Part shown: in pieces, positions 51,930 through 60,509 of the stretch
How the letters are laid out: every line of letters starts with the position of its first letter
How positions within the stretch are numbered: position 1 is the first letter of the stretch
Source: Gammaproteobacteria bacterium
GTDB lineage: Bacteria; Pseudomonadota; Gammaproteobacteria; Steroidobacterales; Steroidobacteraceae
DNA: 64,000 bases
Assembly (NCBI GenBank): GCA_010027845.1
Contig: RGUL01000004.1
Coordinates: 1,810 to 65,809, forward strand
Direction of reading: 5' to 3'
Program-made: the position numbers and the translations under genes
Notes under the pieces: generated by a model
What the model was told of the DNA's origin: nothing
The model's database searches: none
The model's input: the letters and a program-made list of their open reading frames with translations, nothing else

Positions 51930-52739
51930 TCATGCCGCTTCGCCGAGCGCTCCGGCTTCCGGCACGGCCGCCACCAAAGAGTCGCGGATTTCGTTCCAAT
52001 TCCAAATCGATAGCCGACCGTTTCGATCTTCGACGAGGGCCGAACAACTCTCGACCCAGTCGCCGTCGTTACAGTAAAGGACGTCGGCTATACGACTGAT
52101 TTCTGGACGGTGAATGTGGCCACAAACGACCCCATCGAGCCCGCGTCGTCGCGCCTCGTGAGCGACGGCTTGCTCGAAACTCGAGATATAGCTGACAGCA
52201 TTTTTGACTTTGTGTTTCAAATAACCGGACAGCGACCAGTACGGATAGCCGAAAGCGCGCCGGATCTTATTGAAATGCCGATTCATTTCGATTGAGAAAT
52301 CGTAGGCGTGCGAGCCGAGCTTAGCGAGCCACGGGCTGCATTTGACGACGCTGTCGAACTCGTCGCCGTGTAGCACCAAAAGTCGTTCACCCTTCGCCGT
52401 GACGTGCAGGCAGTCCCGTTCCACGCGAAGGTTACCGAACACCGAGCCAGTGAATTCTCGGAAGTCTTCATCGTGATTACCCGGCACGAAGATGACCTCC
52501 GTCCCGTGCTTGGCTTTACCCAAGATGGTACGGACGACGTTGTTATGTTCCTGCGGCCAATAAAAACTGCGACGCATGCTCCACAGATCGACGATATCGC
52601 CGACTAGATAGAGTTTGTCGGTTTGTACTTCGCGAAGAAATTCAAGTAATGCGGTAGCATTGCAACCGCGCGTTCCGAGGTGGATGTCGGAGATGAAGAT
52701 GCTGCGCACGCGGCGCTCAAGGGTGCTCACCGGACTCAA
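51930..52739 (-). CDS. LpxH-fold metallophosphoesterase, PlcP-like phospholipase C candidate
   Basis: IFISDIHLGTRGC, LYLVGDIVDLW, VPGNHDEDF, LVLHGDEFD and VCGHIH. TTG at 52739; an internal GTG at 52709 is also possible. Confidence 0.6.
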   Translation of the reverse strand: MSPVSTLERRVRSIFISDIHLGTRGCNATALLEFLREVQTDKLYLVGDIVDLWSMRRSFYWPQEHNNVVRTILGKAKHGTEVIFVPGNHDEDFREFTGSVFGNLRVERDCLHVTAKGERLLVLHGDEFDSVVKCSPWLAKLGSHAYDFSIEMNRHFNKIRRAFGYPYWSLSGYLKHKVKNAVSYISSFEQAVAHEARRRGLDGVVCGHIHRPEISRIADVLYCNDGDWVESCSALVEDRNGRLSIWNWNEIRDSLVAAVPEAGALGEAA

Positions 52740-52771
52740 TCGCGTATTCCCGTGCGACCTTGACGGCGCGC

Positions 52772-52804
52772 ACTATGCGGGACTCGCGTGACGCGAAAGT
52801 GAAG
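52772..52804 (-). promoter_or_regulatory. Pho-box-like element plus -10 element upstream of the PlcP-like gene
   Basis: Minus strand reads CTTCAC-tttcg-CGTCAC (hexamers start 11 nt apart, at 52804 and 52793), then 10 nt, then CATAGT (52777-52772). Confidence 0.4.
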
Positions 52805-52815
52805 GATTTATTAAT

Positions 52816-54303
52816 TTATCGCGACAATTCTTTGATGGTCGAGAGCGACTGATCGAATCGAATGACCCACAGTTCGACCGGTGCGTCATTGCGATCAGCG
52901 ATGATGAGAGCTCCTCGCACTGCATCGGCGGATGCGCAGGCATGCAGTTGGCCCGACTCTCCATCGACGGTGCAATCTTCGATGCTGCCGGCGACCGGTC
53001 GACCAGTTGTGTCTCGCAGCTCCGACGCTAAACCAAAATCGTTGTCGTTGATGATGGCGATCGTTCGATCGTCGACGATGGCCAAACCCTCGGCTTTTGC
53101 TTGCGTCCAACCGACGGCATTCAGATCAAGCACGCGCTCTTTCTTGAGCGGTATGATCGCGTTGTAGTCCGCCCCCTCGACCGAATCACCCGCGATGCTG
53201 CTGGTTTCCAGCGTATGCCCGAACTCGGTGATGTCCGTGGTTCCGGGCGCGAGCTCCACCCGCATCAGCCAATTCTGAATCTTGCCGTCGCTTCGACGCG
53301 AGCCCTGCTCGATCGCTAGAAACTTGCCGGAGCCCAGCGCGACGATGTCGCCCACCTTCGCGGCGCCGGTGCGTCCTTTTTCATAGAGCGACCCGTCGAG
53401 GGGGTAAGCGAACGTTCGGCGCGCGCCCGTTCGAGGATCAAGCTCCAACCAGCGCAGGAATTTCGCTTGGTGCTTGATCTCGACCGAACTGCCGTCCTTG
53501 GTACGTGCTTTGAGCGATTTACCGTCGGCGCTTTGCGGATCGATTGGGCTTTGTAAGCTGCCGTACAGCTTGTCGTTCGACGAATCGAGCGTGAGGCCCT
53601 CCAAGCCACGATTGGTCCGCCGTTCCCCGAACACCACCGGCAGATCTTTTGCGGTCGTGCCCGGAGCCCACTTTTGCAAGATTTTTCCCGTGCGCGCATC
53701 GACGCGGAGAATGTACGGGCCGTACTCGTCCGACATCCAAAGCTTGCCGTCTTTATCGGGCCCGGTCACGGCTTCCAAGTCCAAACCTTGAGGGTCGAAC
53801 CGTCGAGCACCGGCGTCGAACCGATAGTCGGCGTCCAGTGGCACTTCCGCCAACTGCTTCGCGGACTTCTCATCGGGTGGCAGTCCGGTGACTGCAGTGC
53901 CGTCGAGGTTGATCAACGGTCGCGTCGACACGAGTCGTGCATGCCCGTCGGCCACTCGAACGACACCGAGCGTGGGCTGAAAGCCCGGGACCAAAAAAAC
54001 CTTGCTGCCCGAGCCCGCAGGTCGCTCGACTTTTCCCGGGCCGTCGGCGTTGGGCCCGCGATCGGTGACGGCATAGAACTCCAGCGTTCGACCATGCTTC
54101 GATTTGAACGCCAACCCCGAGCCAACGTCCAGCAAGAGACGCCGCCCGTCGCGCGTGACCGCGTCGAAACCCGGCGGTGACTCGAGCACGTACCGCTCGA
54201 TCGTCGGCGTGGCTTCCGCGGCCGAAACCGACGAAACGTGGCCGACCATCGCGACGCCGATCGCGCCGATAATCGACGCATAAAGACCGACACGAGCCAT
54301 CAA
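52816..54303 (-). CDS. Secreted phytase-like esterase (beta-propeller)
   Basis: Signal peptide. DLEAVTGPDKDGKLWMSDEYGPYILRVD, NRGLEGLTLD and AEGLAIVDDRTIAIINDNDFGL. Confidence 0.65.
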   Translation of the reverse strand: MMARVGLYASIIGAIGVAMVGHVSSVSAAEATPTIERYVLESPPGFDAVTRDGRRLLLDVGSGLAFKSKHGRTLEFYAVTDRGPNADGPGKVERPAGSGSKVFLVPGFQPTLGVVRVADGHARLVSTRPLINLDGTAVTGLPPDEKSAKQLAEVPLDADYRFDAGARRFDPQGLDLEAVTGPDKDGKLWMSDEYGPYILRVDARTGKILQKWAPGTTAKDLPVVFGERRTNRGLEGLTLDSSNDKLYGSLQSPIDPQSADGKSLKARTKDGSSVEIKHQAKFLRWLELDPRTGARRTFAYPLDGSLYEKGRTGAAKVGDIVALGSGKFLAIEQGSRRSDGKIQNWLMRVELAPGTTDITEFGHTLETSSIAGDSVEGADYNAIIPLKKERVLDLNAVGWTQAKAEGLAIVDDRTIAIINDNDFGLASELRDTTGRPVAGSIEDCTVDGESGQLHACASADAVRGALIIADRNDAPVELWVIRFDQSLSTIKELSR

Positions 54304-56516
54304 AACTCCGTACGCAGAGAGATTTGCGTGCTGCGTGGCGCCTGAAATTGATACTGATCACCGAGCGCAGTCTTACCTAGGCCGATCGCGGTCACGTCTT
54401 GATTGCTTTGCAAATTGAAGACGTTCGCCTGCAGTTTGAGCGACCGCAGGCCGAGCACTTTCTCCCACTTGTAGCTAACGCTGAAATCGACGTTCGAGCG
54501 CGCCTTGATTTTGTAGTTGTCGTAATTCGCTGCAGTCGCTGGCGTGTACTCGGTTTGGTAAGTTTCGCCGGTCATTTTGTAGATGATCGACGTGTCGATC
54601 GGTCCGCCCGACCACAACACCCCGGCGCCGAAAGTTTTGAGCGGTGCGCGCGCAATCTGCTTACCGGTTTCCAACGACTCAGCTTTGTTACTCGAGCCGT
54701 TCACGTACACCGCGAGACCACCGCCGACGATCATCGTCAGCTGACCCTCGATTCCTTGATATTTGGCGCCACCAATGTTGATGAACGCCGCGTTGGCGCC
54801 CGTCAAACCGTTCGACACCATTTTATTTTTGAAGTCGATTTTGTAGACGTCAAGATCCCACGCAAAACGATCGGACTTACCGATGATGCCAACCTGGTAA
54901 TTCGTCGAGGTCTGCGGGTCGGCGCTGTTCTTGGTCGGATCGGTGATGTAGAACGTATTCAGGTCCGGAATTTGATAGCCCTGAGCATATTGCGCATAGA
55001 CCGCTAGGTTGCCGCCGATCCGCTTGTTGACGGTAAAGAACGGCAGCGACTTCTCGTAGCCGACCAGAAAATTAGCTGGCAAACGGGTCGTTTGGTTCAC
55101 CAATGCGCTCAATGAGCGATTGATGCGCGCTTTTTTGTAGCCTGGCGTAATCGTCCAACCTGCACCAGGCTCCCAAATGAACTCCGCATACGGTTGTATA
55201 TTCAAGATCGACGACTGCTGGTCAAACTTGATCGACGGATACTGAACTGGTGTCGGCGAGGTCTCTGCGGGGTTCGGCACACCCAGCGTCAGGTCCAGAT
55301 CGTACTGGTGACGATCAGTACGCGACCACTCGTACCAGACCCCCGCGCGTAACACGCCAACGGACAAATCCTTATCGACGTTCATCATCACGCCGTACAC
55401 TCGATATTTGTTTTGTTTGTCGATCCCGGGAATATTTTTATTGCCAGTCGGTGCGGCTTTCGTGCCCGGAGCCGTCAACCCGGTCGGGTCGGTCGAGGAA
55501 ATCGTCTGGTTGTCGTAGGAGTAGGTGTACACGCGGCCGTCGGTTTTCCACCCATCGCCCCAATCAGACTCGAGCCGCAGGTATTCGAAATCGGTCGCTT
55601 TGTGCGTGAAATTGTAGCCTTGGTAGTTGAAGCTCGTCGGATCGTTATTCAAGCCAAAATTTTTGCCGAACGCCGCGACTTGCGCGAGCGTCGGGCCGTT
55701 GCTGTTGTCCGGTTGAACGTACTTGATTCGATTGATCGAAGAGAAAAGTATCATCTTCGAGTTGTTGACCGGCATCGTGAACTTTGCGGTGTAGTTGTTG
55801 CTGCCGATGGCGTTGTTGTTGACGTAGCCGTCCGACTCGAGACGCTGCACGTTCAGCTGCAACGTCGCATCCGTCGATCCCATTTTTCCGGACTCGAACG
55901 CACCACCGTAGAGGCGGGTGTTCCAGGTGCCGCCAGACACGAACAAACGACCTTCTTGCTCATCCGAGGGTTTCTTCGAAAACAAATTGATCGAGCCACC
56001 GAAAGTCGCATAGCCCAAGTTGCTCGCGTTACCAGGTCCACGCTCGACGATCGCCGAACCCATGACGGCAGCCGGAAAGAACGACGTCGAGTGGTGCGCC
56101 GGATTATTCGTATCGCCCCAGGGAATACCGTCGAAGGTGATGTTGTACTGATCATCGGAAAAACCACGCATCGTGATTTTGGTCTCGCTGAGACCCGGTC
56201 CGTTGGTCGAATCGCCAGACAAGCTCGGTGCGATGACTACGACGCGACTGTATTCGGCAGTTGGCGCGACCGCGCGTTCGATGAAATCGCGGCTGATGAT
56301 CGACTGCGGTTGAGTGGCTTGCAAGCTTGACCGTGTGGGCGCGACGGCGGCGGCGGAGCCTGCTTTGTCCTTCGTGTAATCACCCGCTTTGGCGGAAATC
56401 ACCACGGTGTCGAGTTCCGCCTCATTGGCCGCTCGGGAGTTGGCCTGTTGACCGAGCGCAGGTATTGCTGCAGTGAGGCCCATTGCGAACACGAAGATCG
56501 GATACTGACGCGACAT
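54300..56516 (-). CDS. TonB-dependent receptor
   Basis: Signal peptide, LDTVVISAK plug start, C-terminal ISLRTEF. Its stop overlaps the start of the phytase-like gene by 4 nt. Confidence 0.9.
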   Translation of the reverse strand: MSRQYPIFVFAMGLTAAIPALGQQANSRAANEAELDTVVISAKAGDYTKDKAGSAAAVAPTRSSLQATQPQSIISRDFIERAVAPTAEYSRVVVIAPSLSGDSTNGPGLSETKITMRGFSDDQYNITFDGIPWGDTNNPAHHSTSFFPAAVMGSAIVERGPGNASNLGYATFGGSINLFSKKPSDEQEGRLFVSGGTWNTRLYGGAFESGKMGSTDATLQLNVQRLESDGYVNNNAIGSNNYTAKFTMPVNNSKMILFSSINRIKYVQPDNSNGPTLAQVAAFGKNFGLNNDPTSFNYQGYNFTHKATDFEYLRLESDWGDGWKTDGRVYTYSYDNQTISSTDPTGLTAPGTKAAPTGNKNIPGIDKQNKYRVYGVMMNVDKDLSVGVLRAGVWYEWSRTDRHQYDLDLTLGVPNPAETSPTPVQYPSIKFDQQSSILNIQPYAEFIWEPGAGWTITPGYKKARINRSLSALVNQTTRLPANFLVGYEKSLPFFTVNKRIGGNLAVYAQYAQGYQIPDLNTFYITDPTKNSADPQTSTNYQVGIIGKSDRFAWDLDVYKIDFKNKMVSNGLTGANAAFINIGGAKYQGIEGQLTMIVGGGLAVYVNGSSNKAESLETGKQIARAPLKTFGAGVLWSGGPIDTSIIYKMTGETYQTEYTPATAANYDNYKIKARSNVDFSVSYKWEKVLGLRSLKLQANVFNLQSNQDVTAIGLGKTALGDQYQFQAPRSTQISLRTEF

Positions 56517-56563
56517 TTCTACGCCCTCGAATAATTCGAAAGGACGGAGGATGCGAAGGGAAA

Positions 56564-56590
56564 GTTACATTAGTGTTGCGAACTCGTGAA
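56564..56590 (-). promoter_or_regulatory. Degenerate 11-bp-phased TTCAC/GCAAC/GTAAC repeat upstream of the receptor/phytase-like operon
   Basis: Minus strand reads TGTTCAC-gagt-TCGCAAC-acta-ATGTAAC. There is no convincing -10 at the expected spacing. Confidence 0.2.
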
Positions 56591-56620
56591 CAAAATGGCG
56601 TTTTAACCGTTCCGACGCAA

Positions 56621-58573
56621 TCAAATTTCAATTCTCACGCCTAAATTGATCGTGCGCCCGGTCAGCGAACTCCAAGTGTCACGGGTCGGGATGGCGCCGA
56701 CGGGAGCGCCCATTCTAAGAAACGACTCGTGTTTGGTTTGCCGCACGTCGTTGAGGTTCATCGCATTCACGAAAACTACAGTGTTGCCGAAGTGACGTGC
56801 GGCGAGCACGCTGATTTCGCAAGTCGACGGTGTGGACGGCGCGCCGACTTCGTCGCGCTGCTGTCGGCCGGTGAACGCGAACTCCAGCCCCAGCCGCCAC
56901 GCGCCCGCGACTTCGTACAATGCCGCTAACTCGCCGGTGTACCGCGGCGTGAGCGGTAACTCATGCGACGCTCCGGCGCCACCGACCTGCGTCCAGAGCC
57001 GAGTCCAAGATGCCATGACATGCCACGGACCATCGACGTAACGCGCGACGCCTTCGACACCCGAGACGCGCAGTGGATATTCAGCGTTGACGATGTCGTA
57101 TCGTCCGTCATTCGTTCGGCGCAATTCGAGTGAGTGCTCGAGTTCGCTATGGAACACGCCCACGACGAGTTCTAAATCTTCGTCTTTCCAATCGAGATCG
57201 AGACTCGCACCGGTCGCGCGTTCGGCGCGATCGGCGCGGGAGGCGCGGAGCGCGCCGAAGCCGAGGTCGGCGAGCTCATCCAAGTCGTAATTCGGCGCCG
57301 AGTCGCCGCGGCCGACCGACAGACGCAAGTCGGTCGAGGCTGCGAGCTGATGAAGCACGGCAAGCCGAAAACTTCCGAGCCGCAGCGATTGCGCAGTTTC
57401 ATAACGCGCCGCGACTTGCCAGGACCAGTCCGTCGGAATCGTAAATGAATCGGTCAAAAAAACACCCGACTGTGTACCGGAATAGGCGAGGTCGGGACGT
57501 GCTTGAAACTGTAGGCTTTCACGCGCGCCAGAGATACCGAGTAACCAATCGTGTGCGCCGATCGAATCGCCGTGCGTCAACTCGAACCACGACGTTTCCA
57601 GGACCGTATCATCGCTGCGCCGATCGACGCGCAAATCGCGCTGTATGCGACGATACGAGGCGCGCACCTCGGTCGTCGCGCGTTCGTCTGCTGCGATTTT
57701 TGCAATGAACCCCGCTTCGCGATCTTTAGAACGCGAGCTCAACGAGAATTCGCGACCGAGCGCGGAGCGAGCATCCACCGTGCCGCCGACTCGCTGCTCG
57801 TCGGTCGCGGCAGCGGTCAAAAATAGCGACCGACCCGCATCGTCCTGCACCGTAACGCGCGGGCGCACGCTGACACGTTCGTAACCCGGAATCTCGAACC
57901 AGCGGTCACCGTCGATGTCGCTGCGTCGTTGCCGACTGCGAGCGATCGTGAGCGCCGCATCGGGCCAGGAGTCGTCTTCGGTGCGCAGCAACGCGATCAC
58001 GTTATCGGCACCACGCGAGCTCCTGTCGACGGTCATCACCGATTCGCCGCGACCGTCGGTCGAGACTAAATTCAACACGCCTGCGAGCGCCGTCAAACCG
58101 TATAACGGGGTCGCAACGCCTTTGATCACCTCGACCCGTTGCAGGTCGACGGGCGGCATTTGTAGCAAACCAAAACCGGTCGTGCCGGCGCCCGACGATG
58201 GCAAGCCGTCGCGCAACACGAGCGTGTGTCGGGCCGGTAGGCCGCGTAAGTGCAAGCCGGTTGCGCCTAAGCCGCCGGAGCCCACGTCGAACCGGATGCC
58301 GGGTAACTCCTGCAGTAACGAGGTGACATCACCGACGCGCACCGTCGAATTTTCCGCAATTTCCTCGGCCGGGACGGCCTCGACACGTAGTGGCTCGGCG
58401 CCGACCAACCGCGGGTGGCGGGTCGAGGTGACCACGATCGTCGTCAGTTCGTCATCTTCGTCGGCATGGGCAACCGGACTCATCGCAAGGATCGACCCGA
58501 ACATTAAGGCCGTCGCGATCGTCGCCAGCAGATACGCCGGCCGATGCGGAAAATAACGCATGCCAAACTTCAC
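56621..58573 (-). CDS. TonB-dependent receptor
   Basis: LTTIVVTSTR plug start, C-terminal NLGVRIEI. GTG at 58573 or ATG at 58561. Confidence 0.85.
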   Translation of the reverse strand: MKFGMRYFPHRPAYLLATIATALMFGSILAMSPVAHADEDDELTTIVVTSTRHPRLVGAEPLRVEAVPAEEIAENSTVRVGDVTSLLQELPGIRFDVGSGGLGATGLHLRGLPARHTLVLRDGLPSSGAGTTGFGLLQMPPVDLQRVEVIKGVATPLYGLTALAGVLNLVSTDGRGESVMTVDRSSRGADNVIALLRTEDDSWPDAALTIARSRQRRSDIDGDRWFEIPGYERVSVRPRVTVQDDAGRSLFLTAAATDEQRVGGTVDARSALGREFSLSSRSKDREAGFIAKIAADERATTEVRASYRRIQRDLRVDRRSDDTVLETSWFELTHGDSIGAHDWLLGISGARESLQFQARPDLAYSGTQSGVFLTDSFTIPTDWSWQVAARYETAQSLRLGSFRLAVLHQLAASTDLRLSVGRGDSAPNYDLDELADLGFGALRASRADRAERATGASLDLDWKDEDLELVVGVFHSELEHSLELRRTNDGRYDIVNAEYPLRVSGVEGVARYVDGPWHVMASWTRLWTQVGGAGASHELPLTPRYTGELAALYEVAGAWRLGLEFAFTGRQQRDEVGAPSTPSTCEISVLAARHFGNTVVFVNAMNLNDVRQTKHESFLRMGAPVGAIPTRDTWSSLTGRTINLGVRIEI

Positions 58574-58650
58574 GCGATTGAAACGAAGAGCGTGGATGAT
58601 ACTCCTCGACTGGTCGCTTCGTTATCCCCTGTTGGCGATCAGCCCCTTCG

Positions 58651-58680
58651 AGCTCCGATTAACCTCGGAGCTTTTTTTTG
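58651..58680 (+). terminator. Rho-independent-type hairpin with T8 tract, canonical only on the + strand
   Basis: AGCTCCG-attaacct-CGGAGCT followed by TTTTTTTT (58672-58679). No + strand gene ends here. Confidence 0.45.
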
Positions 58681-58685
58681 TTCGC

Positions 58686-59216
58686 TCAAAATGCAACGGC
58701 GCGGGAGATGGCGTAACCGAGTGCGGCGCCGACGACGACGTCCGTCGGATAGTGCAGGCCGAGAATGACGCGGGACACCGCCACCAACACGGCGAATCCG
58801 CCGAACACCAAAGAAAACTCCGGCAGATAATGCGCGGTCAGCGTCGCGAACATCACCGCGTGCAGCGTGTGACCCGATGGAAAACTATAACGATCGAGCG
58901 GGGGCATCGCGCAGTCGATCCCCACCAAACCGATGTAGGGTCGTTCGCGCACTAATAATTTTTTGAGAATTTTGTAGACGATCAAACCGAGAATGCCGGC
59001 GATCGCCATGCGCCCGGCCACCTCGTAGCCGGCATTACCGAGCCATAACGGCATCGAGAGAATCCATATCACCCAAAACGGCCCGTCACCCGCGCGACTC
59101 ACCGCGCGAAAAAAGCGACGAATTAAACGCCGCTGGGCTGCCGCGTTGGCAAATTTACAGAGACGATATTCGAGTTGGTCGACGCGCGCGAATGTCGGAC
59201 CGCCGGATCCGCTCAC
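58686..59216 (-). CDS. PAP2-family (type 2 phosphatidic acid) phosphatase
   Basis: All three PAP2 motifs are present: KKLLVRERP, FPSGHT and SRVILGLHYPTD. Confidence 0.8.
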   Translation of the reverse strand: MSGSGGPTFARVDQLEYRLCKFANAAAQRRLIRRFFRAVSRAGDGPFWVIWILSMPLWLGNAGYEVAGRMAIAGILGLIVYKILKKLLVRERPYIGLVGIDCAMPPLDRYSFPSGHTLHAVMFATLTAHYLPEFSLVFGGFAVLVAVSRVILGLHYPTDVVVGAALGYAISRAVAF

Positions 59217-60403
59217 GGCGTTACCGCCGTCGTACGAAAATCAGGTTCGGCGTCGACGACCTTGCCGTAGAGGCGCACCAAACGCTCCGCAAAAGATCGC
59301 GAGGACCAGCGCTCGGCATCGATGCGTGCTTTTGCCGACAGCTGTGCGCGTAACTCGGCGTCGCGCATCACTCGTGCGACGGCGGTCGCGAACTCTTCGA
59401 CGTTTTCGCGTACGACGACGCCACCGGAGACCTGCGCCATCACGTCGGCGGTCCCCATCACGGCGGTCGACACCACCGGTGTGCCCTGCGCGAGCGCCTC
59501 GATCAACACCAGACCCTGCGTCTCGGTTCGCGATGCAAAAACGAACGTGTCGGCCGCGCGATAGCAATCGAGCAGCGTCGTCTGTCGATCCATGTAGCCG
59601 ATGAACAAAATATTGAGATTGAGACCCAAATCGGTGGCGAGTTTTTTTAGGTGGGCTTCGGCAGGCCCTTCTCCGGCGACGATGAGCAAAACGTCGGGTA
59701 TTCGCTGCCGAAGATCGCTCAACATGTGTAACAAAAAGTCGATGTTTTTTTCGTGCGCCACTCGACCGACGAACAGCGCGACCGGTCGGTGCTGACCGAT
59801 GCCGTGTGCAGCCCGGAACCGTGCGCCGTTGCCAGCGCGATAGCAGTATGCGGGCAGACCGGTGGGCAAAACGTCGATGGGCGTTTGCACGCCATACGCA
59901 CGCAGTGCGTCCGCCATTTGCCGCGACGGCGAAATGATCGCTTGCACTTGTGCGCACTGCGAAACAGTGAACCGTCGCGCGAGACTGCGAGTCACGAATG
60001 CTGGCAGCACGGGCACGTAGTGCTGCAGATAATGTTCGAAATACGTGTGATAACTTTCGACGACCGGCACACCCAAGCGCCGGGCGATCTTGATGCCGGC
60101 ATAGTGCGCGGCGAATGGTGTCTGCACGTGTACGACGTCGACGTCCTCTGGCCGCAGACGCGCTGCCCAACGGTCGATTTCGCCGAACTTGAACAGCCGA
60201 TCCTCGGGGTCGCGCGGCACCTGCATCGCCGGGAGCCGCACGATACTCGTGTCGTCCGTCGCCCCATCGAAACCGGGGTACGAGGGCGTCACGAGAGTGC
60301 ACTCGTGCCCGAGCGCTAACAGATCGCTACGGTAGGTGTTAATCGACGTCGACACGCCATTAACGCGCGGAAAATAGACGTCCGATATCATCAGGATTTT
60401 CAC
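59213..60403 (-). CDS. GT4-family glycosyltransferase
   Basis: GTG start. KILMISDVYFPRVNGVSTSI N-terminus. C-terminal FVFASRTETQGLVLIEALAQGTPVV. Its stop overlaps the PAP2 start by 4 nt. Confidence 0.8.
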   Translation of the reverse strand: MKILMISDVYFPRVNGVSTSINTYRSDLLALGHECTLVTPSYPGFDGATDDTSIVRLPAMQVPRDPEDRLFKFGEIDRWAARLRPEDVDVVHVQTPFAAHYAGIKIARRLGVPVVESYHTYFEHYLQHYVPVLPAFVTRSLARRFTVSQCAQVQAIISPSRQMADALRAYGVQTPIDVLPTGLPAYCYRAGNGARFRAAHGIGQHRPVALFVGRVAHEKNIDFLLHMLSDLRQRIPDVLLIVAGEGPAEAHLKKLATDLGLNLNILFIGYMDRQTTLLDCYRAADTFVFASRTETQGLVLIEALAQGTPVVSTAVMGTADVMAQVSGGVVVRENVEEFATAVARVMRDAELRAQLSAKARIDAERWSSRSFAERLVRLYGKVVDAEPDFRTTAVTP

Positions 60404-60509
60404 GGTCGCTACGATATGGACGGTTTGTGAAGTTTTCGTTGCCGTTTTGCTAACTTCCCGTTACAAAAACTCGACCGACCTATTAATCGACACATCACTC
60501 GGGGCTAAC

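Noticed and set aside
55413-56330. A 305-aa antisense ORF inside a TonB receptor gene. Similar long antisense or off-frame ORFs occur at 6732..7544, 35359..36030, 31059..31919, 5234..5887 and 25768..26385.
   Set aside because: All are embedded in genes with strong family signatures and have the biased composition of GC-rich non-coding frames.
59241-60302. A 353-aa ORF on the same strand as the GT4 gene but in another frame.
   Set aside because: It is extremely Arg-rich with no motifs. The GT4 frame has canonical N- and C-terminal glycosyltransferase blocks.
60404-60440. A CTTCAC-N5-GTCCAT motif upstream of the GT4-PAP2 operon, resembling the other Pho-box-like sites.
   Set aside because: The repeat spacing is 10 rather than 11. 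The element ends only about 13 nt before the GTG start, leaving no room for a -10 element and 5' UTR.
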